DNA of 62,384 nucleotides from a virus. Of the stretch, positions 43,688-53,767 are shown piece by piece. Numbering within the stretch: position 1 is the stretch's first letter; each line of letters begins with the position of its first letter. Under the pieces are notes generated by a model. It made no database searches. It saw only the letters and a list, made by a program, of their open reading frames with translations, and had not been told where the DNA came from. The position numbers were made by a program, and so were the translations under genes. The stretch lies in the IMG/VR virus record IMGVR_UViG_3300045988_062316. The stretch is one strand, 5' to 3'.

Positions 43688-46600
43688 ATGGAGCGTCCTG
43701 CTTTTTCCGCTGGCGAGGTCGGCATTGATGTCGTTCCTCTTACCGACCGGTTTTTTGCAGAACTTAGGGCGAAACTGCATGATCTTCGTGATTTGAAGGT
43801 TCCGGTTGAGTTTGACCCGGATGACATGGCCGCTTCGCGCACGTATGAGAAGTGGAATGGGCGTGATGCTCGCGTCAATGTCTCGTATGACGTTGACATG
43901 TCCGGTTTGCGTGAACTGTCGAAGCAGGATGAACGGTTGCGTAAACGGTATGAGAAGCCCGTCAAACCGGTTTTCGACGGCAGTGGTGTCGTCAAGGGTC
44001 TGGACACGGCGATCGGCCGTGTCGAACAGTTGCGTAAGGTCCAGAAGAACGTCGGCGACGTGTTCACCAAGAATCTTGGCGTGTTCGGGAAAACGGAGAC
44101 GAGCCGGTTGAAGGAGCAGATGCTTCTTCTGGACCAGTCCGAAGAGAGGATGCGCAGGATTCGCGCCGACCGTGACGAGCTTGTTTCGATGCGCGGTGAC
44201 GAGTGGAATCAGCTGAACAGGCAGATTCTTGGCAACATGAGCACGTTGGACGCTTTGCAGAAGCGTTACGACGAGTTGGGTTCCGAGATTTCCAAGGTTA
44301 CCGCGTATCGTGATTCGCTTCGTGGCGGTGGACGCCGCGATGAGGCGAAAGCGCAGACCGTCAGGCTTCGTGAGCTTCGCGCCGAATACCGTGCGACCGC
44401 ACGCAACATGCGCGAGGTCACGAACGAGACGAACAGGCTCGCCAAACAGCAGGACAAGCTGAAGTCCGATAGTGTCGCGAAGTGGATTCACGATTTGGAC
44501 AAGCAGCTTGTCGAATTGGATTCGCATACGAAGTCCGTGCGTAAGACTTTCGACAGCGTGGCCAGCAGCGGGTTCTTCAAATCCTCCGACATGGGCAAGA
44601 CGAACGTTCTTTCCGGCGTGAGCTTTTTCGGCAAGGATCTGAACCGTCAGCTCAATACGGAACGTGCCGCTCGCAGGGAGCAGGAGCGGCTGAACGATTC
44701 GTGGCGTGATGGTGCCGAATGGCAGGGGAACCTGTTGGAAGGCACGGCACGGTATGCGCGGAATCTGAAGACCGCTTCCAACGTGATGAACGCGTACGGC
44801 AAGGACGTGAAAGAGGCGAACCGTCTGCTTGACGAGCAGGAACAACGGTTGACCGGCTTGCAGAGGGCCTTGCGTGGCGTGAACAAGTACGGCAGGTATT
44901 CGGAAGTCAACAAGCAGTTGAACGACCAGCTCGCCGCCGTCAACAGGCTCCGCAAGCAGATCGAATCCAATCCGATCAAGACGAGACTCGTATTGGATGA
45001 CAGTCGGTTCAACCGCAAGTATGCGAACATCACACATCAGGTAGGCGAGTTGACGAAGAAGCTCGAACGTGAGAACGAGCTTAAGATTCGTGTTGATTTC
45101 TGGACTGATACGGCTGATTCGCTTGAAGAGCGTCTGCGTAGGCTTCAGCATGGGCGTATTCAGATTCCTGCGGATATTGTCGTTGACAATAAGAATCTGA
45201 TTGAGCGTGCCCGGCAAGTCGCCGAAGAGGTGAGACGCAATCCAGATCGCAAGGTCGAGCTTGAGGCTGATCTTGATTTGGACATGAAGCGTGCCGAGGA
45301 GCGTATCAAGGATTTCCAGAAGGCCAATGACACGTTCAATATGGACGTGGATTTGGAGACCGCCGCCGCACGCGCCCATCTCGCTTACTTCACGAGACCG
45401 CGTACGGTTGATATTTTCGCGGAGTTCAAAGGCACCGATCTCGGCAAGATCATGAGCGGCATGACCGCTGGCGCTACTGGTGTCCGTGGCGTGCAGAACG
45501 AGTGGCAGAAGCTCGTCAACATGTTCGACAAATTCGATGAGGTCGTGCCGAAGTGGAGTCTGCTGGGCGCGGTGTTCGCGTCCGTTGGCGCTGGCGCGTT
45601 GAACTTGTCCCGCACGGCTGGCAGTGCCGGCGCTTCTCTGGTGATGATGAGCAAGGCGGCTTTGGCCGCTCCGGGCGCTTTGCTCGGGTTGTCCGCGGGC
45701 TATGAGGTCGCGTATGCGGCGGCGAACAAGTTTGGCGCATATGTGGATGTGTCCACCACGAAGCTTGGTGGATTGCATGACAAGCTTGCTGACACGTTCT
45801 GGAAGCAGGCCGCGAACCCCGTCACCGATATGATGAACGCGCTCGGTGACAGCAAGTACGTCGAGAACATGAACGGCGTGGCCGACGCGGAAGGGCGTAT
45901 CGTCGCCAATGCGGCGCGTATCGTCGCGCAGGAACCGTATGTGGATCGTATCAATTCGATTCTCGGCAATACGGTCAAGGGTGTGGACGCGCTTGACCCG
46001 GGCGTTCAGGCTGTCACCACTTCCGTTGTGAGGCTTGGCGATAGGACCAGCTCGTATCTGCCGCGCATGGCTAACTATGTGAGCCGTAACGCGACACTGA
46101 TGGCGCAGTGGGTCGATGAGGCGGAGCGTACCGGCAAGGTCACTCAGGCTATGGAGAAGGCCATCGAGCAGGGTGGCTATCTCATGTCGAGCGTCAAGTC
46201 GGCTGGTGGCATACTCAAGGGCACGTTCGGCACGTTGGCCGAGGGCGAGAATGGCATCGAGAAGTTCTCCGACGCTTTGAGCCGTGCTGACAGGGCCGTG
46301 AACGGCGTGAAGTTCCAAACCACGTTGACCGCGTGGGCCGATGGGGCGAAGCAGGCTTCGGGCAAGTTCCATGATTCGTTCCGTGAGATTGGCGACGCGG
46401 CTTATGAGCTGCGGGATACGACGAAGCAGGCGTTCGTTGACGCCGGCTCCATGGTGTCCACCGGCATCGGCTCGGTGAGCAGTATGCTTGGCAAGTCGAA
46501 GACCGGTATCGCGGATTTCAGCAATGGCGTGTCCGAGGGATTCCAGAAGGTGTTCCGTGCCGTTGATTCCGCCTCCCCGATGTTCGACAGTCTGCTGTCG

Positions 46601-49372
46601 ATGAGCGGCGAATTGTCCGACACGTTCGGTGGAACGTTGGGGAACACGTTGAAGTCGGCGGCTCCGACGATCAAGGTGTTGGCTGACGGCGCTTCCACCA
46701 TGGCCCAGGCTTTCGGCAAGCTGCCTGCGCCCGTTCAGGCGATGGTCGGCATGTATGCGACGTTCGGAAAGGCCGGCATCAGCGCTTACAATTCGTTGAA
46801 GCGTGGCATGTTGCAGAACATCGAATCCACGTTGCAGTATCGGAAGACTTTGAGCCAGTTGGGCATCACCTCGCAGGAGACTGCGATCAGTATGAGCGAG
46901 CTGGTTCGGGCGATGGCTCGTCTGAAGTCCGGTCAGACGGCTGGCGTGCTGACCGGCGAGGTTTCAAATATCCGCCAGATGGGTGCCGCAGCCGACGAGA
47001 CCACTGCGAAGCTGAATCGTATGAATCGTGCGCAGGCGGGTGGTTCCGCCGTCGCTGGCGTTGCCGCTGGCGCTGGTTCCACCGGCTTGGTTCGTGGTGT
47101 CGGCGAGGCGGCTGAGGGTGCCGCCCGCAAGACCGGTTTGCTGAAGACCGCTTTGAGTGGCGTGGTTGATTTCCTTGGCGGGCCTGTCGGCATCGCCATT
47201 GGCGGCGTGACCACGGCGTTGAGTCTGGCGGGCAGTGCGATCAGTTCGTACAATGATGCCGCCGCGCACACGCAATCGGTGAACCGGACTGTCGCCGACT
47301 CGTTCAAGAACGTTCAAAGCGGTGCGGCGGACGCTTCCACGGCTGTTTCCAAAGCCAAGAAGACCGTTTCGAAGAATTGGGCCGACAAGGATTACGGTTG
47401 GACGCTTCCGAACGGCAATGCCGTCGAGAAGCTTTTTAGCGGTGTCACGAAGTGGGTAAGCCCGTTCAAGGATTCGTCCAAGGCGGCTGACGCTCTTGGC
47501 ATCAGCGTCAAACAATTGAATTCCGCCGCGACCGGAACGAACGACGCCTATGACAAGATGCATAAGAAGCTTGAGGCCATCAAGAACGACCAGCAGTGGG
47601 TCATGGGCGCGAATGGTCAGATGGTGAACGCCAACGAGCAGCAGGCCGAAGCCGCCGAACGTCTGCTTGGCGTGCTTGAGGACTCCCACACCGAATGGGT
47701 GAAGGGCATGAAGGTGGCGTCCGATTGGATTGGCAGCGCCGATAGCGTCGCCAACGTTTCGGCGTTGGCCGCCGACAAGCTCAGTCTGCTGTCCGAATCC
47801 CTCGCAGCCAACAACTACGAACTGGAAGGCAGCAGCAAAAACGCCCAGACCAACCGCAAGATGATGGCCGATTACGCGAACAGCGCTTTGCTGGCCGCGA
47901 AGAACATCATCTACGCGGGCAACGGCAGCGCCGAAGCGAACCAGAAAGCCAAGAACGCCGTCTATTCCGCACGTCAGGAAATCATTCAGATGGCCGAACA
48001 ATGCGGCATGTCAGCCGAAGCCGCCACCGCGCTCGCCGACCAGATGGGGCTTATTCCCGATAACGTGTCCACGAAGTTCGATCTGACGAACATGGATTCG
48101 GTGAAGGCTCAGGTTCAGGATTATATCGACCAGCTTGAGTTGACCAAAGGTCAGAAGGAAATCATTCTTGATCTCGTCCAACAGGGTGATATAACGAGTT
48201 TCGACCAGTTGGCCGGTGCCGTGAAGGCGCTCATGGGTGGTGCGAGCAAGAAGGATCTGGTTATTCTTCTTGACGCCCAGGATAACGCTTCCGGTAAAAT
48301 CAAGAACGCTACGGCTTTGGCCAAGGGGTTCGGTCTGACTAAGGCTGAGATCAATATTCTCGCCACTGATGAGGCTGGCCCGAAGTTGGATGCCGTCAAG
48401 CAGAAGCTTCGTGACAGTGGGTTGACTGACGCTCAGATTCAGATTCTCATCGACGCTTTGGATAAGACGCAATCCGGTGTTGATAGTGCGAAGAATAATC
48501 TGCATACCATCGAGCAGACGCCTGTGGATGTTCCTATTACGGCAGCTGATAATACGCAGGGCGGTGTCGCTAGCGCGCAGTTTTCGGTGAACAGTGTCCG
48601 TCAGGGTGCTCCAACGCTGATCGACGCTGTTGATAGGGCTAGTGTTATAGCGCAGATAGCGAAGGGCAATATTGAGAATGTGCCTCGTAATTGGCCTACG
48701 CTTTTCGCTGGTATTGGCAATACGTCTGCTGTGGCGGTTGATGCGAAAAACCAGATTGTCTCCGTGCCTACATGGTGGGGAAGTCGTCTTGACGCTTCCA
48801 CGACCGGATATGATGCTGTTGCAGGTCTCGCTGGGCAGTGGAACAGCATCCAAAGCAAGAGCGTGACGCTTGATGCGTCTGTTGTTGCTAGGGGTATTGC
48901 GAATGCTGGTCATAAGGCTACCGGTGGTCGTATCAGCGGGCCGGGTACTGGCACGTCTGATTCGATTCCGATGTGGTTGTCGAACGGTGAGCATGTTATC
49001 ATGGCTGCTTCCGCGAGCAAGCTTGATCGTACTGTCGGCCCGAATTTCCTGAACGTGTTGAACGCTACCGGTGATCTGGACAGGGCGGTGTCGCAGGCTC
49101 GCACGTCGTATGCGCGTTCCGCGCGTGACATGAGCCGTAACGCCTACGCTTCCGGTGGAAGGGTCCAGAGAATGTTGGATTCGGCCACGTCCATCACGGT
49201 CAGCATTCCTTCACGGGATGATCGTGAACTGGTGTCCGCCGTGAATGATCTGCGTCGTGAGGTTGCGGGCTTCCGTGATGGTATCGGCGGTGAGATCAGT
49301 CGCAATAGCAGTCCTTGGCCTAGCAAGCGTGATTTCGTCCGTGATGTATTGGAGGCCAGTCGTGGCAGGTGA
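43688..49372 (+). CDS. Tape measure protein
   Basis: 1894 aa, coiled-coil and Gly/Ala-rich. C-terminal GGRISGPGTGTSDSIPMWLSNGEHVI motif. Confidence 0.9.
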   Translation: MERPAFSAGEVGIDVVPLTDRFFAELRAKLHDLRDLKVPVEFDPDDMAASRTYEKWNGRDARVNVSYDVDMSGLRELSKQDERLRKRYEKPVKPVFDGSGVVKGLDTAIGRVEQLRKVQKNVGDVFTKNLGVFGKTETSRLKEQMLLLDQSEERMRRIRADRDELVSMRGDEWNQLNRQILGNMSTLDALQKRYDELGSEISKVTAYRDSLRGGGRRDEAKAQTVRLRELRAEYRATARNMREVTNETNRLAKQQDKLKSDSVAKWIHDLDKQLVELDSHTKSVRKTFDSVASSGFFKSSDMGKTNVLSGVSFFGKDLNRQLNTERAARREQERLNDSWRDGAEWQGNLLEGTARYARNLKTASNVMNAYGKDVKEANRLLDEQEQRLTGLQRALRGVNKYGRYSEVNKQLNDQLAAVNRLRKQIESNPIKTRLVLDDSRFNRKYANITHQVGELTKKLERENELKIRVDFWTDTADSLEERLRRLQHGRIQIPADIVVDNKNLIERARQVAEEVRRNPDRKVELEADLDLDMKRAEERIKDFQKANDTFNMDVDLETAAARAHLAYFTRPRTVDIFAEFKGTDLGKIMSGMTAGATGVRGVQNEWQKLVNMFDKFDEVVPKWSLLGAVFASVGAGALNLSRTAGSAGASLVMMSKAALAAPGALLGLSAGYEVAYAAANKFGAYVDVSTTKLGGLHDKLADTFWKQAANPVTDMMNALGDSKYVENMNGVADAEGRIVANAARIVAQEPYVDRINSILGNTVKGVDALDPGVQAVTTSVVRLGDRTSSYLPRMANYVSRNATLMAQWVDEAERTGKVTQAMEKAIEQGGYLMSSVKSAGGILKGTFGTLAEGENGIEKFSDALSRADRAVNGVKFQTTLTAWADGAKQASGKFHDSFREIGDAAYELRDTTKQAFVDAGSMVSTGIGSVSSMLGKSKTGIADFSNGVSEGFQKVFRAVDSASPMFDSLLSMSGELSDTFGGTLGNTLKSAAPTIKVLADGASTMAQAFGKLPAPVQAMVGMYATFGKAGISAYNSLKRGMLQNIESTLQYRKTLSQLGITSQETAISMSELVRAMARLKSGQTAGVLTGEVSNIRQMGAAADETTAKLNRMNRAQAGGSAVAGVAAGAGSTGLVRGVGEAAEGAARKTGLLKTALSGVVDFLGGPVGIAIGGVTTALSLAGSAISSYNDAAAHTQSVNRTVADSFKNVQSGAADASTAVSKAKKTVSKNWADKDYGWTLPNGNAVEKLFSGVTKWVSPFKDSSKAADALGISVKQLNSAATGTNDAYDKMHKKLEAIKNDQQWVMGANGQMVNANEQQAEAAERLLGVLEDSHTEWVKGMKVASDWIGSADSVANVSALAADKLSLLSESLAANNYELEGSSKNAQTNRKMMADYANSALLAAKNIIYAGNGSAEANQKAKNAVYSARQEIIQMAEQCGMSAEAATALADQMGLIPDNVSTKFDLTNMDSVKAQVQDYIDQLELTKGQKEIILDLVQQGDITSFDQLAGAVKALMGGASKKDLVILLDAQDNASGKIKNATALAKGFGLTKAEINILATDEAGPKLDAVKQKLRDSGLTDAQIQILIDALDKTQSGVDSAKNNLHTIEQTPVDVPITAADNTQGGVASAQFSVNSVRQGAPTLIDAVDRASVIAQIAKGNIENVPRNWPTLFAGIGNTSAVAVDAKNQIVSVPTWWGSRLDASTTGYDAVAGLAGQWNSIQSKSVTLDASVVARGIANAGHKATGGRISGPGTGTSDSIPMWLSNGEHVIMAASASKLDRTVGPNFLNVLNATGDLDRAVSQARTSYARSARDMSRNAYASGGRVQRMLDSATSITVSIPSRDDRELVSAVNDLRREVAGFRDGIGGEISRNSSPWPSKRDFVRDVLEASRGR

Positions 49373-50210
49373 GCTTGCGTATGTGAGTGGTTTGACCGGT
49401 AAACGGTTCGACGTGTCGGATTATGAGACCGTTGATTTCGAGGGCGCGTTGGAGTTGCGTGGCCGTGAATGGGATTACACGGTGCGTAACGGTGGGTTGA
49501 CTGGCGTTTCGAGGAAACGTCGGGAGGTTTCCGTTGACGTGCATTATGGTGATGCGGCTGCGTTCGACTCGTTCATGCGGGCTGTTGACGCTGATCTGGC
49601 CGTAGGCAAGCCGGGACGGTTGGAGGCGGTGAATGGTGCGGGGGAGGTTTGGACTCAATCGTGTTATGCGGTGAAGTCCGAGGCTTCCTCGCATCCTGGT
49701 TCTTCCGACCCGGTGTGCGCGCTTTCGTTCATCTTGTTGGATGGCGTGTGGCGGCATGAGGCCGGTACCGTGTCGTATCAGCCTGTGTCCGGGTCTGCAT
49801 CGTCTGGCTTGGATTTGCCGACTGACATGGGTTATGATCTGGCTGTTTCGCGTCCGTCATGCATGGTGTCTAATCGTATGCGTGTTCCGATGCCGTTTCG
49901 TCTGGTCATATATGGGGCTGTTTCGAATCCGTCGTTGACGATTGGCGGGAACGTGTACCGGTTGAATGGTGATGTTCCCGCTGGCGCTTACGTGGTGGTT
50001 GACTCGTTGAAGAAGTCGATCATGCTGCATGGTGCGGATGGTTCTCTGCGGAACGTGTTTTCGTGGGGTGTGCGCGGTTCCGGTTTGAATCGTGGACAGT
50101 ATGTTTTCCAACCTATTCCGGCTGGTTCGAGCGTGGTTGAGTTGGGTTCCGGTTTCGGTTTTGATCTGACGATTGTCGAGGAGAATGGGGACCCGACTTG
50201 GTTGATTTGA
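49362..50210 (+). CDS. Distal tail protein (Dit-like)
   Basis: GTG 7 nt after GGAGG, immediately after the tape measure gene. Confidence 0.6.
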   Translation: MAGELAYVSGLTGKRFDVSDYETVDFEGALELRGREWDYTVRNGGLTGVSRKRREVSVDVHYGDAAAFDSFMRAVDADLAVGKPGRLEAVNGAGEVWTQSCYAVKSEASSHPGSSDPVCALSFILLDGVWRHEAGTVSYQPVSGSASSGLDLPTDMGYDLAVSRPSCMVSNRMRVPMPFRLVIYGAVSNPSLTIGGNVYRLNGDVPAGAYVVVDSLKKSIMLHGADGSLRNVFSWGVRGSGLNRGQYVFQPIPAGSSVVELGSGFGFDLTIVEENGDPTWLI

Positions 50211-51745
50211 TTTGCGCTGACGAGAATGGCGTGCCGTTCCACGCGACTTCCGATTGCGTGTTGGATTGCGCGTGGGGGTCTGGTGAGAATGATTTCGAAC
50301 TGACGTTGTATGACGGTACCGTGCTGCCCGACCGTGGTCTTGTCTATATTGATGGGACCGAGGTTGGCGGCATCGTCGATCATATGAAGGACGAACTGTC
50401 GGATGGCGTGAGTGTGGTCACGTATTCCGGTCGGAGTTGGCATGGCATGTTGGCCGGTAAGGTGTTGCAGCCGGATTCAGGGCAGGATTATCTGAAGGTG
50501 TCCGGCCCTGTGAATCAGGTGTTGTCGAACCTGTTGGCCCGTATTGGCTTGTCTGACGTGTTCAAGGTCCGCGCGGATTCCACGAAAACCATTCCAACGT
50601 TCCAGTTTGACAGGTATTGCACCGCGTATGATGGCATCCGCAGGATGCTGGCAGCGAATGATCTGAAACTCATGTTTCAGGAGGTTGACGGCACGGTATG
50701 GATGTATGCCCAGCCGATTGTCTCCCATGATGATACGGTCGATTCTGATCTGGTTGATTTTTCCATCACGAAGGATTACCGTCGTACCAACCATATGATC
50801 GGCTTGGGCAAGGGTGATTTGAGGAATCGTCTTGTCGTCCACTATTATGCGGATGGTTCCGGCAAGGTGTCCAATACTCGCACGTTCGGTGGTCGTGACG
50901 AAATCGCCGCAGTCTATGATTATTCGTCCGCCGAGAAGGACGAGTTGGACAAGCAGACGAAGAAGCAGTTGCAGGATTTGCAGGGCGCTGGCGCTGTTGA
51001 TGTGACCGTGCATGACGGCTTGTCTTTGGATGTTGGCGATAGGGTCGCGGGCTGCGATCATGTTACCGGCCTGACGGTTACCGCCATCGTGTTGAAGAAG
51101 ATCGTGAAACTGTCTGGCGGCTTGCTGTCCGTATCGTATGAGGTTGGCGACGCGGCTTCCTCGAAGACGGAATATTCGAATTATACGAGTTCCTCTTCCT
51201 CTTCGTCTTCCGGTTCGGCTGGCGGTGGCGTGTCTTTGACGGCTGGCCGTGGCCTGTCGATTTCAGGCGGCACGATCAACGCTGAGGTCGCTTCCGAGGA
51301 TTTGGATTCCGTCAGACAGACTGCCGAGTCGGCTAACAGGACGGCTTCCGGGTTCGCGGCGCAGATCGGCAAGGCGAATCAGACCGCCGAGGATGCGAAG
51401 AACGTCGCCGATGCGGCCAAGAGCGTGGCCGACAGCGCCAAGTCGGGCATGATGACCGATTCCGAACGGTCGAAGCTCGCTTCGGTCGAACGGGGCGCGA
51501 ACGCCTACACGCTGCCGAAGGCGTCCACGGACGTGTTGGGCGGCGTGAAGGTGGACGGTTCCACGATCGTGAGCGTGGATGGCGTCATCAGCGCGCATGT
51601 CGGCGACGGCGCTTCCGGGAAGGCCGTGTTCCCGGTCGGCTATGTGGTGATGAACACGACGGGCGTTGACCCTTCCGTTGATTTCGGCGGCACGTGGAGG
51701 CAGTTGCCTTCGCTTGGTTGTTCCATGTTTGAAAGGATAGGCTAG
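50198..51745 (+). CDS. Tail-associated/baseplate protein (Gp37-like) with fibre-repeat motif
   Basis: 515 aa, Ser-rich linker, YTLPKASTDVLGGVKVDGSTI. Confidence 0.6.
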   Translation: MVDLICADENGVPFHATSDCVLDCAWGSGENDFELTLYDGTVLPDRGLVYIDGTEVGGIVDHMKDELSDGVSVVTYSGRSWHGMLAGKVLQPDSGQDYLKVSGPVNQVLSNLLARIGLSDVFKVRADSTKTIPTFQFDRYCTAYDGIRRMLAANDLKLMFQEVDGTVWMYAQPIVSHDDTVDSDLVDFSITKDYRRTNHMIGLGKGDLRNRLVVHYYADGSGKVSNTRTFGGRDEIAAVYDYSSAEKDELDKQTKKQLQDLQGAGAVDVTVHDGLSLDVGDRVAGCDHVTGLTVTAIVLKKIVKLSGGLLSVSYEVGDAASSKTEYSNYTSSSSSSSSGSAGGGVSLTAGRGLSISGGTINAEVASEDLDSVRQTAESANRTASGFAAQIGKANQTAEDAKNVADAAKSVADSAKSGMMTDSERSKLASVERGANAYTLPKASTDVLGGVKVDGSTIVSVDGVISAHVGDGASGKAVFPVGYVVMNTTGVDPSVDFGGTWRQLPSLGCSMFERIG

Positions 51746-51996
51746 TGAAGTCTGACGGTTACTCGAAGTACGTGTGCGACAAGTGCGGCAAGACCGCCTA
51801 TGTCGCCGCTGGCGATACGGAGGCTCGTGAATGGTACACCGTGCGCCGCTATTCGGCTGGCAAGGCGACCCGCATCGCGGATGATGTGGCACCTGACATC
51901 TACGAATTGTGTTCCCAATGCAATGCGTCGTTCATGACGTTCATGCAGCAGGATGACGCTTCGTTCGAAGCATGGTTGAAGGAGGTCGGACAGTGA
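51745..51996 (+). CDS. Small zinc-ribbon protein
   Basis: CDKCG...CSQC. 83 aa. Confidence 0.5.
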   Translation: MKSDGYSKYVCDKCGKTAYVAAGDTEAREWYTVRRYSAGKATRIADDVAPDIYELCSQCNASFMTFMQQDDASFEAWLKEVGQ

Positions 51997-52808
51997 CCAT
52001 CGAACTGGTTGACGGCAAGGCCGGCACGGCTCATATTTCAAGCGAGGACAAGGCGATCATCCATCAGGCCAAGTTCTCGAAGTCCGACGTGGTGTTCGAC
52101 TGGGGTGACGCGTTCAAGTGCACGATGAGTTCGTCCAACAGGGCGACGATCGGCACCGGCTGCGCGTCGATTCAAGGTTTGGACTGGCATATCACGTCGG
52201 CGGAATCGGTGACGATCTCCAACGGGTCGCAGGGCATGAAACGCAATGACATCATTTGCGCGCATTACAATCGTAACCCCAAGACCGGTAATGAGCTGGT
52301 GGAGTTGGTCGTGTTGAAGGGTTCGCCGAATGCGACTGCTGCCGCTGACCCGAAGGTTCCGTCAGGGAAGATATTGTCCGGCGCGGTTGACGCGTACATG
52401 CCTCTCTGGCGTATTCCGTTGGATGGCATCACGGTCGGTACGCCGGTGCGCCTGTTCACGCCGAGGGGGGCTTTGTGGGATTCCGTAACCCAGATGGATG
52501 ACTGGGTCGTAGTCGCGCGCCCTAGAGGCTATGACGCCTACTGCGCCACGTCCATGATCTTCAAGCCGAACACGAACACGTCAATAGACATCAAGCTGCC
52601 GATCGAAGCGGCAAGCTGGAATTCATACTCCGTCGAATTGCAGTTGATGAACGACAATAAGAACAAAGTGCCGTCGTTCAACAACATTTCGATGATCACG
52701 AACAGTCATTCGGCAAAAGGATTTCAACTTGTCGCATGGAACGCCAGCGGCATGTCGCTGAGCTATCGCATCGCCGTGACTGTCCACGTCTTCGACGCGA
52801 AGCAGTAG
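51993..52808 (+). CDS. Receptor-binding tail protein with a shufflon-variable C-terminus (currently cassette A)
   Basis: GTG 7 nt after AAGGAGG. Recombination core at 52481-52493 lies inside the ORF (codons S-V-T-Q). Confidence 0.7.
   Translation: MTIELVDGKAGTAHISSEDKAIIHQAKFSKSDVVFDWGDAFKCTMSSSNRATIGTGCASIQGLDWHITSAESVTISNGSQGMKRNDIICAHYNRNPKTGNELVELVVLKGSPNATAAADPKVPSGKILSGAVDAYMPLWRIPLDGITVGTPVRLFTPRGALWDSVTQMDDWVVVARPRGYDAYCATSMIFKPNTNTSIDIKLPIEAASWNSYSVELQLMNDNKNKVPSFNNISMITNSHSAKGFQLVAWNASGMSLSYRIAVTVHVFDAKQ
52481..52493 (+). repeat. Shufflon site A (TTCCGTAACCCAG)
   Basis: One of four copies of the core TTCCGTAACCC. Confidence 0.85.
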
Positions 52809-53105
52809 TTTTCCGTAACCCAGCAGTGGAAGCCGCCGTATACGAACGACAGCCTCACTCTGTGTCGGGTCGGACGCATCGTCACGATCAACGGCAACGT
52901 CAAGTTCACTAGCAGTGGACAGCAGAACTACTCGGCGGCGAATGAGACCATCCCTGAAGCGTTCCGTCCGCTCGCCGACATGAGCATCATCGCGTTCCCG
53001 TCCTGCGGTTTCAGCCTGCTTGTCGCGCGTGACGGGAAGGTGCAGATGCTGGGCGACCCGAGATTCGCCTACTCCACGGCGCACGGCTGTTGGTTGGCGG
53101 CCTAG
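52809..53105 (+). other. Silent start-less C-terminal cassette B
   Basis: Begins at site B in the S-V-T frame and reads FSVTQQWKPPYTND...HGCWLAA*. No start codon or RBS. Confidence 0.7.
52811..52823 (+). repeat. Shufflon site B
   Basis: Identical 13-mer. Shares the 18 nt TAGTTTTCCGTAACCCAG with site C. Confidence 0.85.
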
Positions 53106-53458
53106 ACGAATTCCACACCATCAGGCACCGGAATGATCTTCGAGAAGCATTGGACGATATCGGCCGAACCCACGCCTCCGATAAGCGTCACCGACCCGTT
53201 AGTGTTCCACCTCGCCTGTTTGCCATACGCGATGCCAGCCACGTTCGCGACGCACCCAAGACCGACCGTTCTGGAGGGCTTCACGCCCTCTTCGAACAGC
53301 CAGACAGAGTAATCGCCGACTTTCACGGTGCTTCTGAACGAAGACAGGTCCACGAAAATCAGACCGTCTTTGACCGTGATGGTGTTCGAAGCGCCATAAG
53401 AAGCCGGAACGAACGATGCGGTGTCCTGCCATCGCAGTTGGCATGTCTGGGTTACGGA
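53102..53458 (-). other. Silent start-less C-terminal cassette C
   Basis: Reads SVTQTCQLRWQDT...PDGVEFV* from site C. Its stop overlaps the cassette B stop in CTAG (53102-53105). Confidence 0.7.
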
Positions 53459-53459
53459 A
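53447..53459 (-). repeat. Shufflon site C (inverted)
   Basis: CTGGGTTACGGAA is the reverse complement of the site A/B 13-mer. Confidence 0.85.
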
Positions 53460-53467
53460 AACTATCC

Positions 53468-53761
53468 TCATGGGATCGGATAGCAGAGCGAACCGACGCA
53501 ACCCTGATTGCTGCCAGCGGCTCCCATGTTCGCACATCGGATGGTGCCGTTCGGATTAACGACGAGCATTCTTGCCGTTTGCCCGTTCGACACGCACACC
53601 ATCGCATTGACTTCGACCGGAGGGCGCAGTTCGACGGGCAGCACGTATTCGCATTGCACTGAATCCCAACTGCCATTACCGATATTGCCGGCGTATTTGA
53701 CCAGCATCATCATGCCGGTGCGGATGACCGTGAAGCCCTTCGCGTTGTACAGGGTTACGGA
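53468..53761 (-). other. Silent start-less C-terminal cassette D
   Basis: Reads SVTLYNAKGFTVIRTG...SLCYPIP* from site D. Confidence 0.7.
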
Positions 53762-53762
53762 A
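53751..53762 (-). repeat. Shufflon site D (inverted; core GGGTTACGGAA)
   Basis: AGGGTTACGGAA lies 6 nt from the recombinase stop codon. Confidence 0.8.
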
Positions 53763-53767
53763 TGCTA

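Noticed and set aside
43514-46372. 952-aa ORF on the minus strand
   Set aside because: It lies entirely antisense to the tape measure gene, has an Arg/Leu/His-rich biased composition, and has no RBS or operon context. This is a typical high-GC shadow ORF.
53090-53662. 190-aa plus-strand ORF across the shufflon
   Set aside because: It is the antisense reading of silent cassettes C and D. It has a biased composition and no start context.
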